Assembly: GCA_964578605.1 (NCBI GenBank)
Contig: CAZODO010000019.1
Coordinates: 1,908-65,907, forward strand
Reading direction: 5' to 3'
Source: an uncultured Verrucomicrobiota bacterium
GTDB lineage: Bacteria > Verrucomicrobiota > Verrucomicrobiia > Limisphaerales > SIBE01
DNA length: 64,000 bases
A program made the translations under genes and the position numbers. Numbering within the stretch: the stretch's first letter is position 1; the number at the start of each line of letters is the position of its first letter. The notes beneath the pieces were generated by a model, which was not told the DNA's origin, ran no database searches, and saw only the letters and a program-made list of their open reading frames with translations. Shown in pieces: positions 36,230 to 45,623 of the stretch.

Positions 36230-36355
36230 ACACTTCATATTCCAGACCGCACCGCGTGTTCGTCCTTCGCGCTGAGGATTGGGTTCGCTTGGCGGACGAA
36301 AGAACGCGGGACCCCGCTGCTGGGACGACTCTTCGATGAAATGATTCTTCTGAAT

Positions 36356-36377
36356 GGCGCGCCGACCTCGGCGCGCC
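36356..36377 (-). terminator. GC hairpin just downstream of the rho stop (weak terminator candidate)
   Basis: GGCGCGCC-gacctc-GGCGCGCC, 23 nt after the rho stop. The trailing sequence on the minus strand (AUUCAGAAGAAUCAU) is not a clean U-tract. Confidence 0.3.
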
Positions 36378-36399
36378 ACCCCAAACCATCGGGCCTGAT

Positions 36400-38166
36400 C
36401 TAGCCCATCCCCATCGATAGCAGGAACTCGATGTTGGTAGGCGTCTTCTTGAGCTTGTTCAGCATCAGCTCCATTGCCTCCACCGGCGGGACACCGGTCA
36501 AGGCGCGGCGCAAGATAACGACGCGATTGTATTCGTCGGGATGGTAAAGCAGTTCCTCTTTGCGCGTCCCGGAGAGTTCGATATTGATGGAAGGGAAGAT
36601 GCGGCGATCGACCAGGTGCCGATCGAGGTGGACTTCCATATTTCCTGTGCCCTTGAACTCTTCAAAGATCACTTCGTCCATGCGGGACCCGGTATCGACC
36701 AGAGCGGTCGCGATGATCGTCAGCGAGCCTCCTTCTTCGATGTTGCGGGCGGCGCCGAAGAACCGCTTGGGCTTGTGCAACGCGTTCGCATCGACACCGC
36801 CGGAGAGGATCTTGCCCGAGTGCGGCTGGACGGTGTTGTAGGCGCGGGCCAGGCGGGTGATGGAATCCAGGAGAATGACGACGTCTTTCTTGTGCTCGAC
36901 CATGCGCTTGGCCTTTTCGATGACCATCTCGGCCACTTGCACATGCCGTTCGGGGGGTTCATCGAACGTGGAACTGATGACCTCAGCCCCGCGGCAGGTT
37001 CGTTCCATGTCGGTGACTTCCTCAGGCCGTTCGTCGATCAGGAGGATGAAAAGGTAGCTTTCCGGGTTGTTCTTCAGAAGGGCGTTGGCCAGCTTCTGCA
37101 TCAACACGGTCTTGCCGGTCCGGGGAGGCGCGACGATTAATCCGCGGGTGCCTTTGCCGATCGGGCAGACCAAGTCCAGAACGCGCGTCGACAGCTCGTC
37201 CGCGGAAGTCTCCAGGAGGAACCGCCTGTTGGGGAACAGCGGCGTCAGGTTGTCGAAATGCGTCTTGTCCTTGGCCTTGTCAGGATCTTCCTTCCCGACC
37301 GCTTCGACTTTGAGGAGGGCGAAGAAGCGCTCCTTCTCTTTTGGCGGCCGGATCTGGCCAGCCACCAGGTCGCCGGTCTGCAAGTCAAACCGCCGGATTT
37401 GCGATGGCGAAACGTAGATATCTTCGGGACACGGCAGGTAATTGAAGCTCTGGGAGCGGAGGAAACCGAAACCCTCCGGGAGGATTTCCAGCACGCCTTC
37501 GGAGAAGAGAATTCCGCTGCGTTCCGCGTTCTTTTGAAGGATCTGGAAGATCACTTCATGCTTCTTCATCGTGCCGAAGTTCTCGATGCCCATGTCCTTG
37601 GCCATGCTGTTGAGATCGGCCATGGACAGCGCCTGGAGCTGCGCGATGTTGATCGCGTTGGCGGCGGCTTCCTTGTCCAGCGGTGGAAGGTCGGGTTCGT
37701 CGTGGGAGGGTCTATCCTTGGCTTTGCCGCGGTTCTTGTCGCGGTCCCGCTCTCTGAAAGCATCGCGGTCCCGGGAGCCGTCCCTTTCGCGTTCGCGCTG
37801 CTCGCGCGGGCGGGGCGGTTCGACGGCTTGGGCGGGTTGGCTCGGGCTGGGCTTCTCGGGTTCGGCGGGTTTCGGAGGTTCCGGAATGGCCGGTGCGCTT
37901 TGCTCGGGCGCTTCTTTCAAGGCGGCGACGGGCTCCGGGGCTGGAGCCTCCGCAGGGCCGGGAGGGGGCGTTGGCGCGGCTTCTACTTGAGCGGGGGCGG
38001 AATCGCCCGGCGCACCGTCCGTGGCCGGGATGAGCTCTTGCTGGCGCGCGATGGTTTCGGTGGACGATTCCGCAGGGACCTCGGGAGATGGAGCTTGTTC
38101 GACTTTTGCTTTGGCCCTCGAAGACGCTCTTGGTTTCGAAGGCTTCTTGGTTGTTACTCTAGCCAT
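36400..38166 (-). CDS. rho: Transcription termination factor Rho with ~171-aa disordered N-terminal extension
   Basis: From residue ~172 the sequence is collinear with canonical Rho ([25 protein letters not shown].., [33 protein letters not shown]-loop APPRTGKT). Residues 1-171 are Pro/Ala/Glu-rich followed by an RE/RD tract. Confidence 0.92.
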   Translation of the reverse strand: MARVTTKKPSKPRASSRAKAKVEQAPSPEVPAESSTETIARQQELIPATDGAPGDSAPAQVEAAPTPPPGPAEAPAPEPVAALKEAPEQSAPAIPEPPKPAEPEKPSPSQPAQAVEPPRPREQRERERDGSRDRDAFRERDRDKNRGKAKDRPSHDEPDLPPLDKEAAANAINIAQLQALSMADLNSMAKDMGIENFGTMKKHEVIFQILQKNAERSGILFSEGVLEILPEGFGFLRSQSFNYLPCPEDIYVSPSQIRRFDLQTGDLVAGQIRPPKEKERFFALLKVEAVGKEDPDKAKDKTHFDNLTPLFPNRRFLLETSADELSTRVLDLVCPIGKGTRGLIVAPPRTGKTVLMQKLANALLKNNPESYLFILLIDERPEEVTDMERTCRGAEVISSTFDEPPERHVQVAEMVIEKAKRMVEHKKDVVILLDSITRLARAYNTVQPHSGKILSGGVDANALHKPKRFFGAARNIEEGGSLTIIATALVDTGSRMDEVIFEEFKGTGNMEVHLDRHLVDRRIFPSINIELSGTRKEELLYHPDEYNRVVILRRALTGVPPVEAMELMLNKLKKTPTNIEFLLSMGMG

Positions 38167-38317
38167 ACTCGATAAAATTCGCCGCCCAAGCTGGGGCGGC
38201 TGTAAATTCAGGCACGCCCTAGCTAGGCTTGTACGACCCCGTTGGGATTATTCAACCGGCGCACTCGTGGTCTGTTGGACCGGGATTCTGTCTGAGGGTC
38301 GGCCGCCAGTCGTAAAA

Positions 38318-40489
38318 CTAATACGGTAAGGGAAATCGTGCGGTTAACTCGTGGACACGGTCGCGCACCTTGCTTGCGGCGTCAAGGTTTTTAATATCCA
38401 GCAGGACCTCGCTGATCATATCGGCGATGGCCGCCATCTCGGACTCGCGCATGCCTCGCGTGGTGACGGCGGGAGTGCCAAGCCGGATGCCGCTGGCCTG
38501 GAATGGGGAGCGCGTCTCGAAAGGAATCGTATTCTTGTTGACGGTCACGCCCGCCAGGTCGAGTGCGCCCTGGCACTCCTTCCCGGTGAGGCCCTTTTCC
38601 CCAACGTCCACAAGCATGAGGTGATTGTCCGTGCCGCCGCTGACCAGGCGGAACCCGTTGCGTTTCAGTCCGGCGGCAAGCGCCTTCGCATTGCGGACGA
38701 TCTGCCTTTGGTACTCGTGAAAGCCCGGTTGCAGGGCCTCATGGAAGCAGACCGCCTTGGCCGCAATCACGTGCATGAGGGGGCCGCCCTGCGTCGCTGG
38801 AAAGACCTGGGAATCGATCTCTTTCGCGAACTTCCCTTTGCACATGATCAGCCCGCCCCGCGGACCACGCAGAGTCTTGTGGGTCGTGGTGGTGACGAAA
38901 TCGGCATGCTCAATAGGGCTGGGATGTTCGCCGGCCACGACCAACCCGGCAATGTGCGCGATGTCCGCCAGCAGCAGCGCCTCAACCTCGCGGGCGATCT
39001 GGCCCATCCGGGCGAAATCGATAATCCTCGGGTAAGCGCTGGCTCCCACGGTGATCATCTTCGGCCGATGCGTTCGGGCCAATTCGGCAAGCTGATCGTA
39101 ATCGATCTGTTCGTCCTCCTTGCGCACGCCGTAATGGACGACCTCGAAGAACTTGCCGGAGAAGTTCGCTTTGTGCCCGTGCGTCAAATGCCCGCCATGG
39201 GTCAAATCCATGGTCAAAAGCTTGTCGCCGGGTTTCAGGAGCGCGAAATAGACGGCCATATTGGCGCCACTGCCCGAATGGGGCTGCACGTTGGCATGTT
39301 CGGCGCCGAAGAGTTGTTTCGCGCGATCGATGGCCAGTTGCTCGGCCGTATCGACATGCTCGCACCCGCCATAGTACCGCCTTCCGGGATAGCCTTCCGC
39401 GTATTTGTTGGTGAGCACGGAGCCCTGGGCCTCCATCACCGCCGGGCTGGTAAAGTTCTCGCTCGCGATCAGCTCGATATTCTCCTCCTGCCGCTGTTTT
39501 TCGAGGCAAATGACCGTCGCAATATCGGGGTCCACCTGCCGCAAGCGCCGTGCGGCTGCGGGTTCACCTGGTTCCAGCTTCGCGATCCGGCGCTCATGCC
39601 GCCCTCCCTGGAACTGCGCATCCAGAAACAGGTCCAGCATTCGTTTCGCCTGGTCGGCGGGCGTCAGCTTCTGGCCGAAGCAGATTACGTTCGCATTGTT
39701 ATGCTGGCGGGCGAGAAGCGCGGATTCGTCGCTGGCGACGAGCGCGGCGCGGATTCCCGGGACTTTGTTGGCGGCGATGCTCATGCCGATGCCGGTGCTG
39801 CAGACGAGCAAACCAAGCTGGCTCCGGCCCGACGCCACCTCGTCCGCGACGGCCCTGGCGTAGTCAGGGTAGTCGGTTGATTCCGAGTTGGCGGTCCCCA
39901 GATCGGTCACGCGCAGGCCTCGCTTGGCCAGGTGGTCTTTGAGAGCTTCTTTCAGCTCAAAGCCGGCATGATCGGCGCCAACGGCAACGTGGTGAAGGGC
40001 GGGGGACTCGCCAGTGGAGGCAGGGCTTTGGGAGGTTTGTTCGATAAAATTCAGCATAGAGGCGATGCCTTGTTCGATCTGGTCGCGACAATTCAAATAG
40101 ACTTCGTAGGACCCTCCAATGGGATCGGAAATGTCCTTTTCGAAAACATCGAGAGTCTCATCAAATTCCCGCAGAAGAAAAGTCTTTTCCGCCGCTTGGG
40201 GGAAGAGCAGCGTCACGGCGTCCACATGCCCGTGCGTCATGCCAAAGATATAATCCGCCTCGCGAACCAGGTCGGCCGAGAGCATCCGGCTGCGCTGTTT
40301 GCTGATGTCGATCCCGAGCTCCTTGAGGGCACGCACCGCGTGCGGGCTGGGCGGTTGGCCGTCCATGGCTCCGACGCCGGCGGAAATCACCCGGTATTGG
40401 CTGGTCCCCTTGACCGTATGGCGGAAGAGCCCCTCAGCCATGGGGCTGCGGCACACATTTCCTGTGCAGACGAAGAGGATGGTCTTCAT
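38318..40489 (-). CDS. glyA: Tri-domain fusion: low-molecular-weight phosphatase (LMW-PTP/YwlE-like), ribose-5-phosphate isomerase B and serine hydroxymethyltransferase
   Basis: One uninterrupted frame. Residues ~8-157 are the phosphatase ([14 protein letters not shown]-loop, DISDP). Residues ~173-312 are RpiB ([25 protein letters not shown]). Residues ~323-730 are SHMT ([24 protein letters not shown] with the PLP Lys). The start is taken at ATG 40489 (MKTILFV); 40510 is an alternative. Confidence 0.9.
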   Translation of the reverse strand: MKTILFVCTGNVCRSPMAEGLFRHTVKGTSQYRVISAGVGAMDGQPPSPHAVRALKELGIDISKQRSRMLSADLVREADYIFGMTHGHVDAVTLLFPQAAEKTFLLREFDETLDVFEKDISDPIGGSYEVYLNCRDQIEQGIASMLNFIEQTSQSPASTGESPALHHVAVGADHAGFELKEALKDHLAKRGLRVTDLGTANSESTDYPDYARAVADEVASGRSQLGLLVCSTGIGMSIAANKVPGIRAALVASDESALLARQHNNANVICFGQKLTPADQAKRMLDLFLDAQFQGGRHERRIAKLEPGEPAAARRLRQVDPDIATVICLEKQRQEENIELIASENFTSPAVMEAQGSVLTNKYAEGYPGRRYYGGCEHVDTAEQLAIDRAKQLFGAEHANVQPHSGSGANMAVYFALLKPGDKLLTMDLTHGGHLTHGHKANFSGKFFEVVHYGVRKEDEQIDYDQLAELARTHRPKMITVGASAYPRIIDFARMGQIAREVEALLLADIAHIAGLVVAGEHPSPIEHADFVTTTTHKTLRGPRGGLIMCKGKFAKEIDSQVFPATQGGPLMHVIAAKAVCFHEALQPGFHEYQRQIVRNAKALAAGLKRNGFRLVSGGTDNHLMLVDVGEKGLTGKECQGALDLAGVTVNKNTIPFETRSPFQASGIRLGTPAVTTRGMRESEMAAIADMISEVLLDIKNLDAASKVRDRVHELTARFPLPY

Positions 40490-40549
40490 GCTTCGAACAC
40501 CGCCGTACACTTTGGTTTCACTCAGGAAATCGTCAACCGCGAAATGGAT

Positions 40550-41620
40550 CTACTGTCGCTTGGCCGCCAATGCCAGACCTTTCAGGAGATCCAAGGCTCG
40601 GGAGAGGGCCGGATCATTCACCACCGGTTCGGTGGGTTCAGGCGGCCTGACCGAGGCTGGCTCCACCTCGAGGTCAATGCCTTCGCGCTGCATCCGGACC
40701 AGGTCCGCTTCGTTTCGGCGCCGGGAGCGGTTCATGAGCGATGACAGGTCGTTGGTGCCGGCTCTGGCGGACTGGGCGAAGGGCTTGGCCAACACGGCAT
40801 AAGGATCGTCGAAATAGGCCTTTTCGTCCTCCGGCTTCACCGCGATCCGGATGTCCGGTTGCAGCCCGGCCCCCTCCAGTTTGCGGTCACGCCCAGCCGT
40901 GACGACGCCGCTGGCGACCCGCAGGGTGGCGCCGTTGCTTAGCGGATGCTCCTGGAAGGTGTAGGCTCGCCCGGCGCTGGGGCTCCCGATGATCAAGGCG
41001 CCCACCGTCTCTCGGAGCGCTTCCGCGAGCGCTTCGGCAGCTCCGACCGTCTCCCGGTTGATCAAAAGCACCAACGGCAAGTCCGCGGCCATTGGCTTTC
41101 CACTCGACCGCGCTGTTGAGCTGCCCCAATTCAACAAGGGTTGCTCTCCAGGCACAAAAAGGTCTGCGGCTGCGGCCGCCGCCGCGTAGTCCGTCCCGGC
41201 CGCGAAGCGCAGGTCAAGGACGACCCCTTTCAATGGGTTGGTCGAAGCGAGTTGAGTGTACCCGCTGCGGATTTGGTCCGCCAGCCCCGCGGCGACTTTC
41301 GACACCTGGACATGAGCGAAATGCTTGTCAAACGCCGTTGACTTGGCCAGGAGCGCCACGGTGCCAGCCTCGGGGGCGGCTGCCGAGTTGGTGACCAGGA
41401 TAGCCTTGTCCGCCAGTTGCGAGAGCAGCCCGGAAACCGCGGCGCCGTTCAACTCCGATTCGGAAGTCCCGACCAGGTTGGAGCGCAGGACCCCGTAAAC
41501 CTCGGCAAACGGTGGCCAGCCCGACCCCGGCGCGTCCGCAGCGCGGACAGTTGCGACAAGGCCCACCAGGGCAAGCCCGAGTCCCACCGCTGCGGGCCAT
41601 GCGTTTCGAAACGTTTTCAT
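40550..41620 (-). CDS. S41 (C-terminal processing peptidase)-like protein, probably catalytically inactive
   Basis: Signal peptide MKTFRNAWPAAVGLGLALVGLVATVRA. It has S41-like blocks GVVLDLRFAAGT, LVLLINRETVGAAEALAEAL and IIGSPSAGRAYTFQ..GLQPDIRI. The Ser-rich GSASASE block reads RETVGAAE, and TFGKG reads SAGRA. The start is at ATG 41620, 9 nt after the purD stop. Confidence 0.65.
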   Translation of the reverse strand: MKTFRNAWPAAVGLGLALVGLVATVRAADAPGSGWPPFAEVYGVLRSNLVGTSESELNGAAVSGLLSQLADKAILVTNSAAAPEAGTVALLAKSTAFDKHFAHVQVSKVAAGLADQIRSGYTQLASTNPLKGVVLDLRFAAGTDYAAAAAAADLFVPGEQPLLNWGSSTARSSGKPMAADLPLVLLINRETVGAAEALAEALRETVGALIIGSPSAGRAYTFQEHPLSNGATLRVASGVVTAGRDRKLEGAGLQPDIRIAVKPEDEKAYFDDPYAVLAKPFAQSARAGTNDLSSLMNRSRRRNEADLVRMQREGIDLEVEPASVRPPEPTEPVVNDPALSRALDLLKGLALAAKRQ

Positions 41621-41628
41621 AAGACACC

Positions 41629-42933
41629 TTACACCTTTCTGCCTGCCAAACCTTTCGCCGCGATATCTCGGCGGAAGAAGCTTCCTTCGAATTGGATCTG
41701 GGCCACCGCCTCGTACGCTTTGGCCTGCGCTGCCCCGAGGTCCTTTGCCCAGGCCGTGACGCCGAGGACGCGTCCGCCATGGGTCACGACCTTGTCGCCC
41801 CTCCACGCCGTCCCGGCGTGAAACACCTTGGTGCGATCCAGCCTTGCTGCGGCATCCAATCCCTCAATGGGTTTGCCCTTGGCATAGGCTCCAGGATATC
41901 CGCCGGACGCCATCACCACGCATACCGAAGGGTCGGGGCGCCACCGCAGATGCGCGTCCCGCAAGGTTCCATCGATGGACGCCTCCAGCAATTCGACGAG
42001 ATCGTTTTCCAGCCGGGTCAGATAGGCCTGGGTCTCGGGGTCTCCAAACCGGGCATTGAACTCGAGGACCTTCGGTCCGTCCTTGGTCAACATCACGCCT
42101 GGGTAGAGGATGCCTCGAAAGTCGATCTTCTCTTCGAGGCACCCGGCCAACCAGGGATCCATAATCTGCCGTTCCACCTGCTTGAGATCGGCGTCGCTCA
42201 GGAATGGCGCGGGCGAATAGGCACCCATTCCCCCTGTGTTTGGCCCCTGGTCGCCGTCGAAAGCGCGTTTGTGGTCCTGGGTAGTCGGAAAGAGCTTTGC
42301 GCATCGGCCATCGCAAAGCGCGTGCAACGAGACCTCGGTTCCTTCCAGGAACTCCTGAATCACAATCCGGGTTCCGGCGGCCCCGAACGCCCGGGAGACC
42401 AGCACTTCGGCAATGGCGCGTTCGGCTTCTCTCACGCTTGCGCAAACGAGGACGCCTTTGCCCAGGGCCAGGCCGTCTGCCTTGACCGCGCAGCGGCCTT
42501 CCAGCGACGCCGCAAAAGCCCGCGCCGGTTCCGCCTGGTCGAAAACCCCGGCCCGGGCCGTCGGGATCCCATGCCTCTCCATGAAGGACTGCGCAAAGAC
42601 CTTCGAGGCTTCGAATTGGGCCGCCTTTTGGTTGGGCCCCCAGATGCGAAGCCCGTGCTTCTGGAACAGATCCACCACTCCGGCCGCGAGCGGGTTATCC
42701 GGCCCGACCACGGTGAGGTCCGGCTTCTTCTCCCGCGCAAATGCGAGCAAGCCCTGCAGATCCTCCGCGCCAAGGGCCACCGTCTCGACGCGGGCGCCAT
42801 TGCGGGCAAGGGTTTCGGATGCGATCCCGGCGTTGCCAGGCGCGCACCAAAGCCCGGTGGTCCGAGCTGACTGAGCCAGCTTCCAGACGAGGGCGTGTTC
42901 GCGTCCGCCGGAACCTATGACGAAGATTTTCAT
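41629..42933 (-). CDS. purD: Phosphoribosylamine--glycine ligase
   Basis: MKIFVIGSGGREHALVWKLAQS and ATP-grasp motifs along the full 434 aa. Confidence 0.93.
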   Translation of the reverse strand: MKIFVIGSGGREHALVWKLAQSARTTGLWCAPGNAGIASETLARNGARVETVALGAEDLQGLLAFAREKKPDLTVVGPDNPLAAGVVDLFQKHGLRIWGPNQKAAQFEASKVFAQSFMERHGIPTARAGVFDQAEPARAFAASLEGRCAVKADGLALGKGVLVCASVREAERAIAEVLVSRAFGAAGTRIVIQEFLEGTEVSLHALCDGRCAKLFPTTQDHKRAFDGDQGPNTGGMGAYSPAPFLSDADLKQVERQIMDPWLAGCLEEKIDFRGILYPGVMLTKDGPKVLEFNARFGDPETQAYLTRLENDLVELLEASIDGTLRDAHLRWRPDPSVCVVMASGGYPGAYAKGKPIEGLDAAARLDRTKVFHAGTAWRGDKVVTHGGRVLGVTAWAKDLGAAQAKAYEAVAQIQFEGSFFRRDIAAKGLAGRKV

Positions 42934-43018
42934 TCGAATGGTTTATTCGCAGAAGGGCTCCTGGAGGTCCCCGCAACAAGCCGCCTTCGCCTCCGCGCAG
43001 CGCCCTCCGATGTCCATC

Positions 43019-44110
43019 TCACTCGAGGCGTGTCCGGCCTGTCCCCCGGACGATTTCGCCGAGACACCAAGCGGGCTGCTTCCGAGCCTTAAGCCATCGC
43101 AATACCGCGTCGGCCTTTTCCGAAGCGGCGATGATCACCATCCCAATGCCCATGTTGAACACCTGGTAAAGCTCGTCCTCGGCAATTCGGCCCTTTTCGG
43201 CCAGGAATTGGAAGATGGGCAGGACCGGCCAAGAGCCTTTGCGGAGGACGGCATCGCAATTCGGCGGCAAAACCCGGGGGATGTTATCGACGAACCCGCC
43301 TCCCGTAATGTGCGCGAGCGCCCGGATCGAGCCCCTCTCTGGGGGCCGGGCTCCCGCCGGACGATTGAACTGGTTCAAGAGCTTTTGCAGGATCGGTCCG
43401 TAGCTCACATGCACCTTGAGCAACACGTCGCCGACCGTGCCGCCGAGTTCGGCAACCCGTGTCGAAGGTTTCAGCCGCAATTGTTCGAAAAGGATCTTTC
43501 GCGCCAACGAATAGCCATTGGTGTGCAACCCGCTCGATGGCAACCCGATCACGGCATCGCCCTTTATAACACTCTTCGACCCGTTCAAGATCCGGCTCTT
43601 CTCCACAACGCCGACAATGGTGCCGCTGACGTCATATTCGCCTGGCTGGTAAAAACCGGGCATCTGCGCGGTTTCCCCTCCAATCAAGGCGCAACGGTTC
43701 TCCGCGCAGGCTTGCGCGAAACCCTTGATAATGTCTTGGAAAACAAGGGGTTGCAGCTTCCCAGTGCCCAGGTAATCCAGGAAAAAGAGGGGTTCGGCCC
43801 CCACCACTGCGATGTCATTGACGCAATGGTTCACCAGGTCCTGCCCAATCGTGTCATGGCGCTCCATGGCGAAGGCCACTTTGAGCTTGGTGCCCACCCC
43901 GTCGACGCTGGAAACCAGCACCGGCTCGCGGTATTTCGAGGTGTCCAGCGCGAACAAGCCTCCAAAACCGCCCACTTTGCCCAGCACACCCGGCCTGTGG
44001 GTTGAGGCCAGCATCTTCGGAAGCTGGCTCTTGACCTGATTGCCAAGCTCGATATCGACCCCGGCAGCAGCGTAGGCTCTCTTTTTCATCATTTCCCGCT
44101 CGGGCGGCAA
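43019..44110 (-). CDS. purM: Phosphoribosylformylglycinamidine cyclo-ligase (AIR synthetase)
   Basis: YAAAGVDIELGNQ.., ..VDGVGTKLKVA.., ..DCVNDI.. match the PurM family. The start could also be ATG 44092 or 44089. Confidence 0.92.
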   Translation of the reverse strand: MPPEREMMKKRAYAAAGVDIELGNQVKSQLPKMLASTHRPGVLGKVGGFGGLFALDTSKYREPVLVSSVDGVGTKLKVAFAMERHDTIGQDLVNHCVNDIAVVGAEPLFFLDYLGTGKLQPLVFQDIIKGFAQACAENRCALIGGETAQMPGFYQPGEYDVSGTIVGVVEKSRILNGSKSVIKGDAVIGLPSSGLHTNGYSLARKILFEQLRLKPSTRVAELGGTVGDVLLKVHVSYGPILQKLLNQFNRPAGARPPERGSIRALAHITGGGFVDNIPRVLPPNCDAVLRKGSWPVLPIFQFLAEKGRIAEDELYQVFNMGIGMVIIAASEKADAVLRWLKARKQPAWCLGEIVRGTGRTRLE

Positions 44111-44198
44111 TCATTCGAAAGAACGCTCCCGCTGTCGAGGACGAACCCGCGCGACTGACTGCCGATGGCTGGCCGTCGGACTGGTCTTGCGTCCCTGC

Positions 44199-44312
44199 TT
44201 CACCCGTGGATCACCCCTGCATGACCCGTAGATCACCCGTTCGGGAACGGGTGAACTACGGGTGAACTACGGGTGAACTACGGGTGAACTACGGGTGAAC
44301 TACGGGTGAACC
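44199..44312. repeat. 11-bp tandem array ACGGGTGAACT (6 units) preceded by degenerate reverse-oriented units
   Basis: Forward units start at 44247, 44258, 44269, 44280 and 44291 (all perfect) and 44302 (last base differs). Upstream reverse units are TTCACCCGT (44199), TCACCCC (44211), CCCGTAG (44225) and GATCACCCGT (44231). The palindrome CACCCGTTC-GG-GAACGGGTG is centred near 44243. Confidence 0.9.
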
Positions 44313-44320
44313 GTGAGTTT

Positions 44321-44342
44321 AGAGCGTAGGCAGAGCGTAGGC
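44321..44342. repeat. Second 11-bp tandem repeat AGAGCGTAGGC x2
   Basis: AGAGCGTAGGC at 44321-44331 and 44332-44342, followed by a partial AGGGCCGG. It lies immediately 3' of the first array. Confidence 0.85.
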
Positions 44343-44479
44343 AGGGCCGGACCCACCCTGCCATAAACAAGGGAATTGCTGTGCCGGCCTTGCCAATTCT
44401 TGACACGGCCCGTGCTTGGCCGCAACCTGCACGGCTGGCGGGCCCGGGGGAGCCTTGGGAACCGCGCAGCGTTTTAGCC

Positions 44480-45616
44480 ATGGTTCCTGACATGAAACAG
44501 ATCAAGCCAGGCCTTGTTTGCGATGAGAGACTCCTTGTCGCAGGCGGGTTGGGGGCAGACCTCGGTGGAACAACTTTCAAGATTGGCGAAACCAAAGGGC
44601 TCGCGCTCCTGACGAAGGAGACGGTGCAACAACCGTCGCGGTGGGCGGATGGACCCGAGCCGTTTGCCGAAGCGATCGTCGAAAGCTGGGTGAAGCTGGC
44701 GGCCCGGTCGCGCCGCCGCCTCCGCGATTACACCTACTTTGCCGCCGCGATGTGCGGCCCTACCAACTCCACCACCGGCACAGTCTTGCGCATCACCAAT
44801 CGCGGGAGCGAAAAATGGGCGCGGCGCTGCTTCCGTCAGGACCTTATCGATGCCCTCACGCGGCGCGGGGTCCAAGACCCGGTTGTTTCCGTCGGCAACG
44901 ACGGCATGTTCTTCAACCTGGGGGAATGGGCTCATGCCGTTCTGGAAGGCTTGGTCACCCCGGCGGCCACTTTTATTACCGTCTGTCCCGGAACCGGCTT
45001 GGCTTTTGGAGCCGTCCTAGGGGGAATGCCTTGGAAAGGCGAACAGGGCGAAGGAGCAGAAGAAGGCCACCGCAGCTGCGACCCCTTGGCGCTCGCGAGA
45101 CTAGCGGGCGTGGACCTTCCGATCCTGTTCCCACGCTGCGGTTGCGGGAACCCCGGGATTTGCCTTGAAAAGACGCCCGCTTGTGTGGATGGCCTGGTGG
45201 CACTGGTCCAGGCCGAGATCGACGCCGGCCTTTGGCCGGGCGAGAAAGATGCCCGGAAGCTTGGGCTCACCCTCCTGGACCGCGCCGACAACGGCGATCC
45301 GGCGGCTTGGCGAGTCATTCGGGTGCAGATGAGGTTCCTGGGCATGATTCTTGGGGAACTGCACCGGACGTATAAATCCTCTTTTTATTGCTGTCCCGGC
45401 GCACACACCACGCGCCAAAATATCCGGGAGCGCTGTTTCGAAGCGATTCGCGAGGGGTTTGAGGCCAACCGGGCGTTTCGCGATGCGAAGGATCCGCCCG
45501 TGACGATTTATCCCGGGGCTTGCGGCGAGAATGCCGCGGTTTTCGGAGGGGTCCTTTTCGCTGCCCTCCAGTCAGGAGCACTTCGGGTTGGCCAGAACGG
45601 ATCGGGCGCAAGTTAG
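44480..45616 (+). CDS. ROK-family sugar kinase/regulator-like protein
   Basis: GADLGGTTFKIG (N-terminal ATPase motif), VSVGNDGMFFNLGEW, GTGLAFGAVLGG, and the Zn motif H..C.CG..G.C.E (GHRSC..FPRCGCGNPGICLE). The start is ATG 44480 or 44492. The track GTG 44381 would include a promoter-like TTGACA (44400). Confidence 0.75.
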   Translation: MVPDMKQIKPGLVCDERLLVAGGLGADLGGTTFKIGETKGLALLTKETVQQPSRWADGPEPFAEAIVESWVKLAARSRRRLRDYTYFAAAMCGPTNSTTGTVLRITNRGSEKWARRCFRQDLIDALTRRGVQDPVVSVGNDGMFFNLGEWAHAVLEGLVTPAATFITVCPGTGLAFGAVLGGMPWKGEQGEGAEEGHRSCDPLALARLAGVDLPILFPRCGCGNPGICLEKTPACVDGLVALVQAEIDAGLWPGEKDARKLGLTLLDRADNGDPAAWRVIRVQMRFLGMILGELHRTYKSSFYCCPGAHTTRQNIRERCFEAIREGFEANRAFRDAKDPPVTIYPGACGENAAVFGGVLFAALQSGALRVGQNGSGAS

Positions 45617-45623
45617 CGGTTTT

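Noticed and set aside
36176-36379. 67-aa minus-strand ORF crossing the AT-rich island
   Set aside because: The composition switches from GC-rich to AT-rich within the ORF and the translation is not protein-like. The region is better explained as a noncoding regulatory repeat.
38351-39880. 509-aa plus-strand ORF, and similar long ORFs at 41692-42870, 42917-44005, 19973-21127, 22168-23565, 57046-58338 and 62282-63211
   Set aside because: Each is antisense to a gene with strong family motifs (glyA fusion, purD, purM, murG, murC/B, GH2, GH84). All are shadow ORFs of a GC-rich genome.
44247-44312. Tandem repeat arrays (also 59599-59642) as possible CRISPR arrays
   Set aside because: The units are 11 bp and directly abutting, with no spacers. 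There are no cas genes in the window.
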